A stretch of DNA of 63,940 nucleotides, filler included, from Octopus bimaculoides (Eukaryota), in NCBI RefSeq assembly GCF_001194135.2. It is 5 parts of 5 records of this genome, joined end to end, with 100 filler letters (N's around TTAATTAATTAA, not from the genome) between each part and the next. Parts side by side here need not be neighbours in the genome. Positions count along the whole stretch, not along the records: positions 35,321 to 58,904 come from NC_068986.1; positions 59,005 to 62,356 come from NC_068987.1; positions 62,457 to 63,940 come from NW_026319086.1; 2 more parts are not named here. One strand, 5' to 3'. Below, piece after piece: positions 50,358 to 63,789 of the stretch. Both the position numbers and the translations under genes were made by a program. Under the pieces are notes generated by a model. The model had not been told where the DNA came from. It did no database searches and worked only from the letters and a program-made list of their open reading frames with translations. How positions within the stretch are numbered: position 1 is the stretch's first letter; the number at the start of each line of letters is the position of its first letter.

Positions 50358-50627
50358 GAGCACATGACTTAGTGGTTGGTGTGTTGCACTCATGATTGCA
50401 AGATTGTGATTTCAATTCCTAGACCAGGTAGTGTGTTGTATTCTTGAGCAAAACACTTCATCTCACTGACGTGTGGTACACCATGCACCTGTTCAGACAA
50501 TGTTAATTTGATGGAGAGAGAGAGCGAGCTAATGTACAACACATACATTTGATCACTATAAACAAATCACTTGTGCAGGTCATTTGGCAAAAGCTGAATG
50601 CTCATATGTTGTCTTCAATAGGAGAGT

Positions 50628-50667
<40 letters not shown>

Positions 50668-50825
50668 TGTGTGGTAAGAAACTTGCTTCCCAACCACATG
50701 GTTCTGAGTTCAGTCCTACTGTGACTCTTTGGGCAGATGTCTTCTATAGCCTTGGGGCAACCAAAGCCTTGGGGCAACCAAAGCCTTGTGAATGGATTTG
50801 GTAGACAGAAACTGAGAGAACCTGT
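50358..50825 (+). mobile_element. SINE family C (50358-50630) followed by SINE family B (50663-50825)
   Basis: Homology to 36460-36745 and to 36041-36197 respectively. Confidence 0.75.
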
Positions 50826-51609
50826 CATATATATATATATGTGTGTGTGTGTGTGTATGTATATACACAGCGTTCATATATACATAATTTTTCCCGTCTG
50901 GCCGTATAGCCTTTTCTGTTTGTTTTCCTGTCTTGTTTTTTGTCCGCCACTACATTCCTCCATGGCACAGGTTTAATTTGTGTATACAAATTTAATTTGC
51001 GGTCCATGGGAAGAGCTGTTTTAACGATGCGTCCTACCCAACTCTTCAAAACGCCGGTGTTAAAACCGGGGTAGCTGATGAAGGAAAATGTTCTCTATGT
51101 GGCTTGTGTGTTTTCTGTACTCTGGTTATTATTGTTTTCTTGTCTACGTTTTGTTTGCAATGTCCTGTACCCAGATATGCACCTCCTATATATACAGGTA
51201 GATGTAGGTATGCACATACCTGTACGTATATATGCATATACTCATTTATTATTTATATATATATATATATATATAGCATTATATATATGATGTGTATCTA
51301 CAGTGTATGTAGCCAATTAACATTGCTAATTATCCTTGATAGGAATAGCAATATATCTCTGTGTACCCCAGTAGGTTGTGTTTTGTGTATGTATGGGATT
51401 TTTGGCTCTGTGAATTTGGGAATTTGGGTGATATGGTAATTCATTGAGCAATAATACCTGAAATATTTAGATATGTGCAAGACTTGGAGTTCTGTAATGC
51501 GAATGACTTGATGATATCATCATCATTTAACATCCATTTTCCATGTTGGCATAGCTTAGACAGTTTCACTGGAGTTAGTAAGTCAGAGAGCTGTACCAGG
51601 CTCCAGCAA

Positions 51610-53640
51610 AAGGAAGTGATGAAGGTCTAAATATATAGTGAACAATCTGAAATTTAGAGAATTACTACTTGAAACATTTGGTGAGGATGAGATAGAGATG
51701 TGTAATGTACAGAAGAGCTGGTGGTTCCTTTGGAACACTCTATTGAGGGCAACAGACTAAATCTGGTTAGAGAAAAGTTCCAGCCAGACCAATGGTGATA
51801 TGGTGGAACCGTGAAGTAGACAGAATCATAAAATTGAAGAGACTTGCTTGGAAGGATTGGAAGAATGGGGGTAGCAAAGAATTACACTAGCTAGCTAGAA
51901 GAAAAGCTAGGGGACATATTTAGCAAGGGGAGAAACAGAACAGGTGAGGCCAATATTCTACTGTGTGAGGATCAGAGGTATGAGTTTTATTGGATTGCAA
52001 AACATTGAGGCAGAAAGAATCAAGCTGTGGGTGGATAATGGTATACTTATACTTAGTGATTCTGAAGAGAAAGAGGCATGGGAGTGCTACTATGAAAGGC
52101 TATTGAATATGGAGAAAGCATGGGAGAAAATGGGTCTTCTCAACATGGACCTAACAGAGGACCCAGCTATTCTAGTTGGCATTAGTAAGATAAATAAAGC
52201 AATGCAATGGAGGCAAGGAAAACCTCTGGCATACCAGGAATCACTGTTGGGATGCTTAAAATATCTGGTGGAGTAGGATATAGTTTATTTACCCATAGAG
52301 TTAATCAATTTGTACAGGAAGGTGTCATTTCCAATGATTAGTGTAGTAGCATTATTGCCAACTGTTACAAGTATATAAGATATGCCTTAGATAGATGTAA
52401 TTACAGAGGTATAAAACTACTGGATCAGGTCATGAAAGTTACAGAAAGAGTCATAGCCTAATCAATTAGGAAGAGATTTAACCTAGATGAGATGCCATTT
52501 GATCTTTTATATCATGGAGAAGTACTACCAGTGCTATCTTTTTTGTAAGATAATTGCTAGAGAAATATTTAGCTTAGAGTAAGCTTTGTTTCATCAATCT
52601 AGTGAAAGCTTTTGACAGGGTCCTTTGCTCTGTGATCTGGTGACTGCTGAAGAAACTAGGGGTAGATGAATGGCTTGTGAGAGTCATACAAATAATGTGC
52701 TGTCAGTAAGATGAGAGTTAGCAATAGATACAGCAATGAATTTAGTGTACAAGTAGTTCACCAGGGCTTGGCTCTCAGTTTCCTTATATTCATTGTAGTC
52801 CTCCAGATTATAACAGATGAATTTCAAACTGGTTGTCTTTGGGAACTACTCTAGACTGATGACCTTGTTCCTATAGCAGAATCCATAGTAGAATTAGAAA
52901 CAGAATTCCCGGTGTGGAAGCAAAACCTGGAATTAAAGGGTCTTAAAGCTAACTCAGCAGGAAAACAAACAAGATTTTCCCCTTTCAGGAAAATAGTTCT
53001 GCTCAATATGTTGGATTTTTGTATGTAGAACTTCCATATGGTGCACTTAGTGCAAGCTAGGGATACACAAGGGGTGCAGTAAGATCACAGGAAGGTTAAC
53101 AGAAAAGGTAAACTTTGTGTGTGGCAGATGCACAGGAGCAATACTAAGAACATACAGGAAATAAATTTTCTCAGAAGCCAAGGAAGTTTCCTAGAACTAG
53201 ATAGTTTTTGCTTCCTGGGTAAACTAATTAACAGCAGAGAAGGATGTTCTGAAAGTGTGTTTCCTAGAATAAGAACAGAATGTAAAAAGTTCATAATTAT
53301 TATGTCAGTCAGTAACAAAAGGCCTTTCTCTCAGAGAGAAAGACAGAGTATATGAGGTTTGTGTATGTATGAACAACAGTGACACATGGTAGTGAGGCAT
53401 GGTCCCTGAATGATGAGGACATGTGTAAGACTAGAAAGGAAGGAAGCTAATATGCTTTGTTCAATGTGCAACATTGTGCATGTCCACCAAGGTGGGAATG
53501 TGTTGAGGAAAAGATTGGGCATAAGAGGAATCATATTGTGTGCAAGAGGGAAATCTGTTCTCATATGGCCACATGATGCCTATTGATGAAACAGTTGTAT
53601 AAAAAGAAATTACTGAACATGGATGGAACTTGTATGATAT
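51610..53640 (+). mobile_element. Decayed RTE LINE (second family)
   Basis: YRGIKLLDQVMKVTERVIA, KAFDRV, VHQG, a DDL motif and a C-terminus similar to 43300-44890, with many stops and frameshifts. Confidence 0.85.
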
Positions 53641-54429
53641 ATATGAGTGTGTGTCGATAAAAAATAGATGAAAATGCACTATAACATCATATCTGTCATC
53701 ATATTTATTTTTAAATTAAAGGATGAAAAACAGACATATTTCATTAGATATATTAGATCTTTACTTTGCATTCCAACCTGTTTTCCTCATTGAGAGCTCA
53801 TCAAAGGAAAATGTGAAAAGTAGCTACAATAATGAAAATATATATCAAGCAGTAAAATTGTTGCAGATTATAATACTAAGGGTATTCAGTAAGGAATTTA
53901 TGAGATAGATTATGGTTTTTAAATGATAAGTAATGTTAAGTTTGGAACTTTAAATGATATTGATTGTTTGAATATGTGCACACATGTAAATACATGTGTA
54001 TCTGAAATGCTCAGTGTTGTGTTAGTGTTCCTTATGTTGTAGTTCATAGAAATTATCTCATGTTGTGCTCTCTTGTAAACCACCATAAGTAATGCCAACC
54101 AAACTGGGAAAGTTGAAAGAGTCCCAGATTGGGAGTGTTGATTTGAGTAGATTTTCTAAGTTTCTAAGATTTTCAGTTTGACATTTGTCATAACATTGCT
54201 TTTTTTCCCTTCCTTCCTTTTTGTGTTTGTTTCTTTTTTTCTTCATGATATTAATTGCTCATGATAGTTCTTTCTAACTAAATTCCTTTGTGAACTGGAT
54301 ATTGTTGTTTATATTATTTATGATATTGCTCTTCATCCGTTCAAGGTCAATGAAATAAGAACTAGTTGAGTTTTGGGGTCGATATTACTAGCCTCCTTCA
54401 AGAAAACTTGTGCCTATAATAGAAGGGAT

Positions 54430-54900
54430 TATTTATTAGATTCTTAAATTTCATAAGTTTATTTAGATCTTGTTGCCATAGAATTAAACAGTCATATAGG
54501 TATCTTTTCTCGTTTTCATTTGAATATGTGTAGAATGCATCTCTAAATATTTAAGTAAATTCTTTGTAAATTTTCTCATGTTGGCATATGTGGGGGAAAC
54601 TTTGGTTCCCATCCCAGTCCCTGATATTTGATGGTACACTGAGACATCGAATACAAAGCAATTATTTTGTAATATGAATCTCTGACCCTTAATAATTAAG
54701 CTTTTAAATGCAGTCTGGTAATTCAATATGTATCCAGCTAGTATTTTCTAACATTGATTCCATGGTCATGGGGAATATTAGTGTATGATGTAATAATGTC
54801 AAAAGAGAGAATAATTGTATTTTGACTCTGTGTTTGGTAAGTGATTAAGTAAATCCAAATCATCTTCACTAAAACTCTGTATGTACTTTTAAGAGAGGTT
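54430..54900 (-). mobile_element. Penelope-like RT fragment
   Basis: ILSFDI.TSYTNIPHDHG and ILQNNCFVFD...YHQISGTGMGTKVSPTYANM. Confidence 0.8.
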
Positions 54901-54920
54901 TTAGTAAGATGTCTACAAAA

Positions 54921-56128
54921 TTGCGTCATCCCATAAATAATGCAGATGTTTCAATTTCATGAACTAAAAGTCAGTGGGGTGGTGGATAGGATAAACAACC
55001 TACATCAACCTGCTATAAAAGCAGGTAGTAATTTTACCTTGTACTTATTCTCAATGCAAGTTTTGAAGAGTGCAGTTCGATTTTAAAGCTATAATGGAAG
55101 TGAAAAAGGAGCATATTTGGCATATTTCACTTCATGAGTTCAGTAAAGGCAACAAAATAGCAGAAAGTGCGAGGAATCCTAATACAGTATATGGGGATCG
55201 GACAATAAACATAAGCCAGTGTCAACGGTGGTTCCAGAAATTCCAAGCCGGAAACTACAGCCTAGAAGATGAACCTTGTCCTGGAAGATCTGTAGAGCTT
55301 GATAAGAATGTCCTGTAAACCCTGGTGGAATAAAATCCCATCATAACTGTTGAGGAACTAGCCGAGAAGCTTGGATTTGGTCATTCAACCATTCATTAAC
55401 ACCTGCGTGCCATCAGAAAAGTCCGCAAATTGGGTCAGTAGTTTCTTCACAAACTTTCCGAGTCTAATCAAGCACAGAAAGTGAATGTGTGTTCTTCTTT
55501 GCTGTCATGTCTCACAAATGAACCTTTTTTGGACCAAATAGTGACTGGTGACGAGAAGTGGGTTCTCTATAAAAATGTCAAGTGCCAAAGACAATGAGTT
55601 GCAAAAGGAGAAACACTGGCACCTCAGACTAAAGAAGGTCTTCACCCATGTAAGGTGTTGTTACTTGTTTGGTGGGATATGAAAGGTTTAGTCCACTTTG
55701 AACTTTTAAACCCAAACCAAACGATAACAATGGAGATCTACTGCAAGGTGTTCTTCCATCTGGATAATGCTTGGCCACATACATCGAGGATGATATTCCA
55801 AAGGCTGGAGCAGTTAGAATGGGAAACAGTGCCCCACCCACCAGATTCACCAGACATGCCCCATCTAATTATAATTTATTCCACAGTTTTCAAAATTATT
55901 TGGATGGAAAAAATATATAAATTCTGTAGATGAGGTCAGAACAGTACTGGAGGAGTATTTTTTGTCATGGACAAGTGAATTTTGGAAGAGAGGCCTTGCA
56001 AGTCTACTAGGTAGATGGAAGAGCATTGTAGAAAATGAAGTAGAGTATATTTTTGATTGAAAGAATGTTATCTTAATTTTGAAAAATAAAAGTATAAAAA
56101 AACTGCATTATTTATGGGATAACCCAAA
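54921..56128 (+). mobile_element. Near full-length mariner transposon, transposase pseudogene
   Basis: TIRs ttgcgtcatcccataaataatgcag (54921-45) and ctgcattatttatgggataacccaaa (56103-28). Protein pieces MEVKKEHI..QCQRWFQKFQAGNYSLEDEP, IVTGDEKWV and HLDNAWPH..PHPPDSPD, interrupted by stops. Confidence 0.9.
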
Positions 56129-56168
<40 letters not shown>

Positions 56169-56605
56169 ATATNNNNNNNNNNNNNNNNNNNNNNNNNNNN
56201 NNNNNNNNNNNNNNATATATATATATATATAAATGCATATATTTATATGTATATATATATGTGTGTATGTTTATTTCAAGATTTCTTGCCAATAGAGAAA
56301 GAGCTGGTTTCTAACCTAGATCCAAGGCTCCTTCATTGGAATTTCGACATCAACAACAAGGTATTTTTGTTTGTATGTATGTATGTATGTATATGTGTGG
56401 ATTTGTTTGTTTTGCCTTATGTATGTATTCTCATGCATATAGTTGCATATCTAGACATGCTCATATATATTTAAATGATAAGCGTCTGGAAAGATCCGCA
56501 GATTTTTGCAGTTCCAGTGATGGATTGGATTTGTAGTCTTTGAATTAGTTTTCTCCTTTCTGGTTTTGAAAAGCCTAATTTCTCAAGATTGGTATTTAGG
56601 CAGGT

Positions 56606-56762
56606 GCAGGAATGGCTGTGGCAAGAAGGTTGCTTCCCAGCCACATGGTCCCAGGTTCAGTCCCACTGCATGGCACCTTGGGCAAGTGTCTTCTACTATA
56701 ACCTTGGGCTGACCAAAGGCTTGCAAGTGGATTTGGTAGATGGAAACTGAAAGAAGCCCATC
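56606..56762 (+). mobile_element. SINE family B
   Basis: Head, B box and caccttgggcaagtgtctt CORE-like block. Confidence 0.8.
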
Positions 56763-56786
56763 ATATATATATAAAACTTATATATA

Positions 56787-58026
56787 CATGGTATGTAAGA
56801 TATTTGAGGACACATTTATGTTTATAAAAAAAACAGATAAATAATAACAAATAACTTTATTTATCAAAAAATGCTTTGAGGATAAAAATAAAGCTTCTTT
56901 TCTATAAGGTGGCTTTATTCAATAAAGCCACCTTCAGCTTCAACAACTGCTTTTATATGAGATCTAAATCGTCTACATGCTCGAATCAAGTGGTCCTGGT
57001 TCATTTTCGGCACTACACTGACTAAGGCAGCTTTCAAAGAATCTTTGGTGTTATGGGCATGTTCATTGATCTCTCTCTCAACAATGCTCCACATGTAATA
57101 ATCCAATGGATTGAGATCTGGGGTATTAGGAGGCCAAATGTTAGGGGTTATGTGATCATGAAAACTTTCAACCATCCATTCCTGTGTTATTAGAGCCATG
57201 TGTGATAGTGCAGAGTTTTACTGAAACACATATGGCCTTCTATTGCATACACTCTCTAACCAATTGTTTCCAGGACCTCAATGTAGGTGGCAAAGTTAAC
57301 TCTAAGGCCTTGTGGAAAGAAATAGGGAGGCATCACATGTCCTTCATGGCTGACAACCCCTAAAACCATGACTGTTGCAGGAAATTTTGTATGCATAACA
57401 CTTGGAACTTCAGAAGGGTCTGCACATAACCATCCGTCATTTCTTCTGTTCACTTTTTGATCTTCGTCGAAGTTTTTCTAGATTGAGAAAAACCAAATCA
57501 AATCTTCTGCTGGATTTTTCAGTTTGTTTAAGAACCTTTTAGATCTGATGTAGTGATTTCCTTTTGCTTTTTCTGACAAATTGACCTTTCCTCATCATAT
57601 AAGACTTATATCTGATGTCTTCGTGGACAACATTTCTGACTGTTCCTTTTGACGCATGGAGATCTTTTGCAATTGACCTCATGGACTTTCTGGGATTGTT
57701 GAACTTGCTGGATAAGTTCAGGTGTTCTGATGATTTCAGAGCATTTAGAATGCTTTTTATGCTTTGATACTGGTGATACATTTCCATCTTCAGTCTCTAG
57801 CTCCTTACAATCTTTGTAGATGAAAGATTTAGCAACTTTTAAAAATGAAGATATTTTAAAATCGCTATGCTCAGCCTTTATAACCGCAATAACAGCATGT
57901 CTCTTCATTTCTTGAGTAAGCCGAGGGTCTGCCATTATTATTTTCTGAAACAAAGATTATACGAGTGAATGAAAAATGCAACAATGATCCCCAAAAGATA
58001 TGTTCGCAAATACCTTATGCACCCTG
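56787..58026 (-). mobile_element. DD37D (maT-like) Tc1/mariner transposon, full length, inactivated
   Basis: TA-flanked imperfect TIRs (catggtatgtaagatatttgagg / cagggtgcataaggtatttgcga). Motifs KFPATVMVLGVVS and WPPNTPDLNPLDY. There are 37 residues between the mutated second Asp position and the third Asp. Confidence 0.88.
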
Positions 58027-58160
58027 TATATATATAAATAGATATAACTTTATAAAGAAATTTCTCTAGTTTTTAATCGCTCATCGTTCACTCATCTAAC
58101 TCGTAATACTAACATGCTGTACTTAGATTCAAATAACTTTTGAAACTTGTAATTCTTTAA

Positions 58161-58162
58161 TC

Positions 58163-58193
<31 letters not shown>

Positions 58194-58530
58194 GAGAATA
58201 TGTGTGTGTGTCTGTGTGAATCCCTAAAACTCCAGAACTACACAACCAATTTCATTCAAATTTTACACATGCTTTACTTAGGTTGTGTTTTAGTCAAAAG
58301 AAATTTTTAACTTCTTGCATAGTTCGAGCTCACAACAACATAATATCTCCTCCACTATTTAAGTATTACGTGTCAAAAGTGAAACAAAAACACTCATGTC
58401 AAATACTTTCACTTTAAAAATGAAACTTTTCCACTATTTCAGAATCAAAACTGAAACAATCACATTTCGATACTGTTATGACAGATACTTTTACTTTAAT
58501 GCTTTCATTTTCATACTGAATCTACTACAG
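58161..58530 (+). mobile_element. Putative non-autonomous Helitron-like 5' fragment
   Basis: A|TCTATATATA..gtgtgtctgtg..aactacacaaccaatttcattcaaattttacac is a typical Helitron-like 5' layout. No 3' end is visible. Confidence 0.4.
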
Positions 58531-58639
58531 TGAAACTATACTCTCACATATATACAGGCATACATAAATATATACATACATTCATGCATATATATATCTG
58601 CACAAATGTATCCATATACTTGTATGTATATATATATAT

Positions 58640-58904
58640 ATCATCATCATCATCATCATCATCGTTTAACGTCCGCTTTCCATGCTAGCATGGGTTGGAC
58701 GACTTGACTGAGGACTGGTGAAACCGGATGGCAACACCAGGTTCCAATCTAAATTTGGCAGAGTTTCTACAGCTGGATGCCCTTCCTAACGCCAACCACT
58801 CAGAGAGTGTAGTAGGTGCTTTTACGTGTCACCTGCACGAAGGCCAGTCAGGCGATACTGGCAACGGCCACGCTCGAAATGGTGTCTTTTTTGTGCCACC
58901 TGCA
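58640..58904 (-). mobile_element. 3' UTR fragment of RTE (second family)
   Basis: Same tail and aggaagggcatccagc block as 48140-48300 and 32500-32655. Confidence 0.8.
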
Positions 58905-59191
58905 NNNNNNNNNNNNNNNNNNNNNNNNNNNNNNNNNNNNNNNNNNNNTTAATTAATTAANNNNNNNNNNNNNNNNNNNNNNNNNNNNNNNNNNNNNNNN
59001 NNNNGTGTATATGTGCGTTGCTGTGTACGTGTGTGTGCGTGCGTTTGCTATTGTAAGTGCATGTGTTGTTTATGCCCATGTGTGTGTGATTGTATGCGTG
59101 TCTGTGTGAGTGTGTTGTGTTGGTGAGAAGCTAGCGAATGTGGACAAAGACAAAAATAAACATAGTATATATTACACAATTATATATATAT

Positions 59192-59237
<46 letters not shown>

Positions 59238-60427
59238 GTGGGGAGAGAGAAAGATAGAGAGAAAGAAGGAGAGAAAGCGCGTGATGCACACATGCATACG
59301 CTCATAATGCATATATACATATACACACTTATCTTCCTATATATAGCTACAGTCAATATTCTCTCTCCCGTGTCTTTTGCATTACATGAAAATGAACTCT
59401 ATTTCTCACATATTCTATATCACTTCACCCATAGCGTTAGCCTTCCCTAGTTTATTATAGTGCCACTGCCAAAATAACGTGTGACCTTAACACTCTGTAG
59501 AACACTTTGTGAAGGCTCGAACGAGCGCTGACAGCTTTGGATGAAGATGATATTTTCGCCTTGACAATCAATCTGTGGTGGTTCAAATATGCGCAAATCT
59601 ATGTGTAAAATGATAGGGGATAAAAAATATCATCTGCTGTAGAATCCAAACCTAAAATAGAACACAGGTAAAGGACGTATTTCTCTAATCCATTTAGGAG
59701 GTCAATAAGCACTCATAATTACCGACACTTTACATGGAGTTGAGTCCATAGATATTTCATAATGATAATAATGAATAATTTTAATTGGAAAAAGATACAT
59801 TAAAATATATATATGTGATTTACTGAATTGCAAGACAGTAGGCAAATTCAGAGACAAATCTATATTGTAAGCGACTCTCAACTGAAATTAGAATGACTTT
59901 TCAAAGAATCAAAACTCTGTAAACTTTTCTTTTAAAACTTCTTCAAAATCAAACTTCAACGTAAATATTCCTCAAATCACCTGTCTATATCGTAAATCAC
60001 GCATTTTATGAATCATTAGATATATCTGATATCATTGAAAATAGTAAAAGTTGTCCTTGATGACACAAATGCAGTAGATTATTTATATATAAGTGGAAGA
60101 GATGAAAACTTTGTCGATAATTCAACGTAATTTTGACACATCGCCGCTTACGGGCGTCTGAATATTAAGCGAATATAGGATATTTTTCACTCAGCTAACT
60201 GCATTTCATGTTTATATGAATTCAGCAAAGTTTTCTAGACATGATGTCAATTGTTTACTAGTATTATACGTTTATTTTCACACACACACGCGCGCGCGCA
60301 CACACACAAACACGGACAAATACTGATATCTGAAATACAGTACAACAAAAGTTCTTGATTTATCAGAAATATCTCAGCCCATATGATATCTCACAATTAC
60401 CAAGTGGCAATTATAACCAAACAATTG

Positions 60428-60625
60428 CAGCGTGGAAGGTCTTTATAGCTATTTAAGAAACACACAAAAACTGTTAGATTCACTTCAACATTTAAATTTA
60501 ATTTGCCAAAATATTTTCGTCGCTTTGAGACCGCGACCTGTTCACTGACAAAATTCCGTGCTGTTGAACTGAATCTAACGTTTTTTTTTTGTTTCTTAAA
60601 TGGCTTATAAACACCTTCCACGCTG
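60428..60625. mobile_element. ~200-bp MITE
   Basis: ~35-bp TIR cagcgtggaaggt(c/g)tttata..g(c/t)tatttaagaaac present at both ends in inverted orientation. Confidence 0.75.
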
Positions 60626-61520
60626 AAATTGTTTTCGTTCCAGCACACGATCTCAGAATTATAACCAACTCCAACTGAAAAAGGAAGGTAATCTCAAGAC
60701 ACAAATGATCCGCCAGTAACCAAAGGACTTAGAATTTCACAAAACATTGACAGCTTGGTATTTTGGATAATTGAAGAAACAAATGCACTTATAGAAATAA
60801 CTCGAAGTAGCCAGTGTCATGTATTTGAATAATATAGACCAATACCTGTACGTTAAGGACATTACTAATAGAATTCTTGATTGGTTGAAATAATCTCGGC
60901 TTCTATGTGATGTATAATAATTACTAAATAGGAATTATGACCATTCCACTTGAGAATTTGAGATAGTCTCAAGATTTAAGCATTGTCCAAAATTGACATA
61001 GCATTAAGGAAAGGGTTAAGCTTATTGTTTGGATGTAAGAGGACGTGACTCTGGTTAAGTAGTCTTCAAGAGTATGATTGTTGTCCGACCTAATCATCAG
61101 TTGCCATGGGACTTAGACTCTATCCTTTCACGGTACCTTTAAAGCCAGGGAGTTTTCAACACCCTCTCGTATATATATATATATATATATATATATATNN
61201 NNNNNNNNNNNNNNNNNNNNNNNNNNNNNNNNNNNNNNNNNNNNNNNNNNNNNNNNNNNNNNNNNNNNNNNNNNNNNNNNNNNNNNNNNNNNNNNNNNNN
61301 NNNNNNNNNNNNNNNNNNNNNNNNNNNNNNNNNNNNNNNNNNNNNNNNNNNNNNNNNNNNNNNNNNNNNNNNNNNNNNNNNNNNNNNNNNNNNNNNNNNN
61401 NNNNNNNNNNNNNNNNNNNNNNNNNNNNNNNNNNNNNNNNNNNNNNNNNNNNNNNNNNNNNNNNNNNNNNNNNNNNNNNNNNNNNNNNNNNNNNNNNNNN
61501 NNNNNNNNNNNNNATATATA

Positions 61521-62333
61521 TAGGGTGCGGTTGAAGGACTCTCTAAATTACGGAAAATTACATGAAAGATGTTGAAATACTAAAGAATAAATCTATCCAA
61601 CAAAATCGCCATTGGCTTCAACCACAGCCTCCAGACGACTTCAGAATCTCCTGCATCTCTTCTGGACGGTCTCCCTGTTTAAGTTAGTGAATGCTGCCAT
61701 TACCCTTGCCTTCAGTTCTTCTTCGGTGTTACAAGGAGGTTTGCTGGTTTCTCGCACAACTGCGCCCCACAAAAAATAAGGGTGTTGCAGTCTGCGGAGT
61801 TAGGTGCCCAGATTCTATAGGTGATGTCATCGCGGACATTGTCTGACAGATATGACTGGGTTCTCCTGTTTGTGTAGCATAGTGCAGAGTCCTGTTGCCA
61901 GATATGGGATCTTCCAGAAGTCACCCTCTTGACCCAGAGCAGCCCTAGATCCTCCAGACAGTTGATGTAGGCCACGTTATTGAGTCTGAGGCAGTATGGG
62001 AAGATGAGTGGAAGCTTAATGTCGCCATCTGTAGTGATCACTCTAAATACCATGATGCTGACTGGATGTTTGATTTTTATCACTCACGGTACATGTTTTC
62101 AGATTGTACAGTCCCCAGATTGACACCCGAACACTCTGAAATCTTCAAATTCCAAGCAATACAGTATGTCATTTCGAAATTTCTAGTAGAGTGAATTGCA
62201 TCAAGATGGTGTTTTCCTCACAGACGGTCCCAAGGGGGCCTACTATAATGTGTAGTTGATATAAACAAAAACAAACAATGCGCCTGAGAAAATTTGAAAT
62301 ACAATATAGCTATAATTCACCCATCGCACGCAG
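61521..62333 (-). mobile_element. Deleted DD37D (maT-like) transposon
   Basis: KHPVSIMVFRVI..WQQDSA..WAPNSADCNTL with 37-residue spacing. TIR-like ends tagggtgcgg and atcgcacgcagta. Confidence 0.75.
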
Positions 62334-62456
62334 TATATATATATATATATATATATNNNNNNNNNNNNNNNNNNNNNNNNNNNNNNNNNNNNNNNNNNNN
62401 TTAATTAATTAANNNNNNNNNNNNNNNNNNNNNNNNNNNNNNNNNNNNNNNNNNNN

Positions 62457-62862
62457 CTCTTTTACTTGTTTAAGTCATTGTACTGCGGCCATGCTGGAGC
62501 ACCGCCTTTAGTCGAATCAAATCGACCTCCAGGACTTATTCCTTGTAAGCCTAGTACTTATTCTATTGGTCTCTTTTGCCGAACCGCTAAGTTACGGGGA
62601 GCTGAACACACCAGCATCGGTTGTCAAGCGATGTTGCGGGGACAAACACAGACACACAAACATATACACACACACACATATATATATATATACACATATA
62701 TATGACGGGCTTCTTTCAGTTTCCATCTACCAAATCCACTCACAAGGCTTTGGTCGGCCCGAGGCTATGGTAGAAGACACTTGCCCAAGGTGCCACACAG
62801 TGGGACTGAACCCGAGATCATGTGGTTGGTAAGCAAGCTACTTACCACACAGCCACTCCTGC
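62457..62862 (-). mobile_element. Composite SINE family B (both modules)
   Basis: Reverse complement of the 36041-36428 architecture. Confidence 0.85.
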
Positions 62863-63351
62863 ACTATATCATCATCATCATCATCATCATCATTTAATGT
62901 CTGTTGTCCATGCTGGCATGGGTTGGACATTTCTCTCTGTCTCTCACCTTCCCCACTCTCTTTCTCTTTTGTTCTTTACCCCTCTCTTCCTCTCTTGCTC
63001 CCCACCCTCTCTCTCTCTCTCCTAAATAAGTTATTTTCTTTTCTAGGTGATATCATGGGACCAATATTAAGTGGACTTGAAAGATTGATCAGGTTCCCCA
63101 CAGGCTGTGGGGAACAGACCATGCTATCACTGTACCCCAACGTGCTTGTATTCATGTATTTGGATGCCCGAGATCAACTTTACCCATCAACAAGTCAGAA
63201 ACTCGAGAAAAATACCATTGGAGGTAAATTTAGGGTTTACCACTTCATTTATATGTATGTGGTGGTGGTGGTGGTAGTGGTAGTGTTATGTATTGTGCCT
63301 GTATTAGAAACTATTAGTATTATTAGTATTAATAGTAGTAATAATAGTAGT

Positions 63352-63742
63352 GGAGGCGCAATGGCCCAGTGGTTAGGGCAGCGGACTCGCGGTCATAGGA
63401 TCACGGTTTCGATTCCCAGACCGGGCGTTGTGAGTGTTTATTGAGCAGAAACACCTAAAAAGCTCCACGAGGCTCCGGCAGGGGATGGTGGTGGCGAACC
63501 CTGCTGTACTCTTTCACCGCAACTTTCTCTCACTCTTTCTTCCTGTTTCTGTTGTGCCTGTAATTCAAAGGGGTCAGCCTCGTCACACTGTGTCACACGC
63601 TGAATATCCCCCCCGAGAACCACGTTAAGGGTACACGTGTCTGTGGAGTGCTCAGCTACTTGCACGTTAATTTCATGAGCAGGCTGTTCCGTTGATCGGA
63701 TCAACTGGAACCCTCGACGTCGTAAGCGACGGAGTGCCAACA
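63352..63742 (+). mobile_element. tRNA-derived SINE family D
   Basis: TGGCCCAGTGG A box, GGTTTCGATTCC B box, unique body, inserted in an (AGT)n tract. Confidence 0.75.
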
Positions 63743-63789
63743 GCAGTAATAGTAGTAGCAGCAGTAGTAGTAGTAGTGGTAGTAGTAGT

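Noticed and set aside
60640-60688. 44-nt exon-like segment (ttcgttccag ... GAAG|gtaatc) in phase with exon F
   Set aside because: It is over 31 kb from exon F, abuts a MITE and has no independent support.
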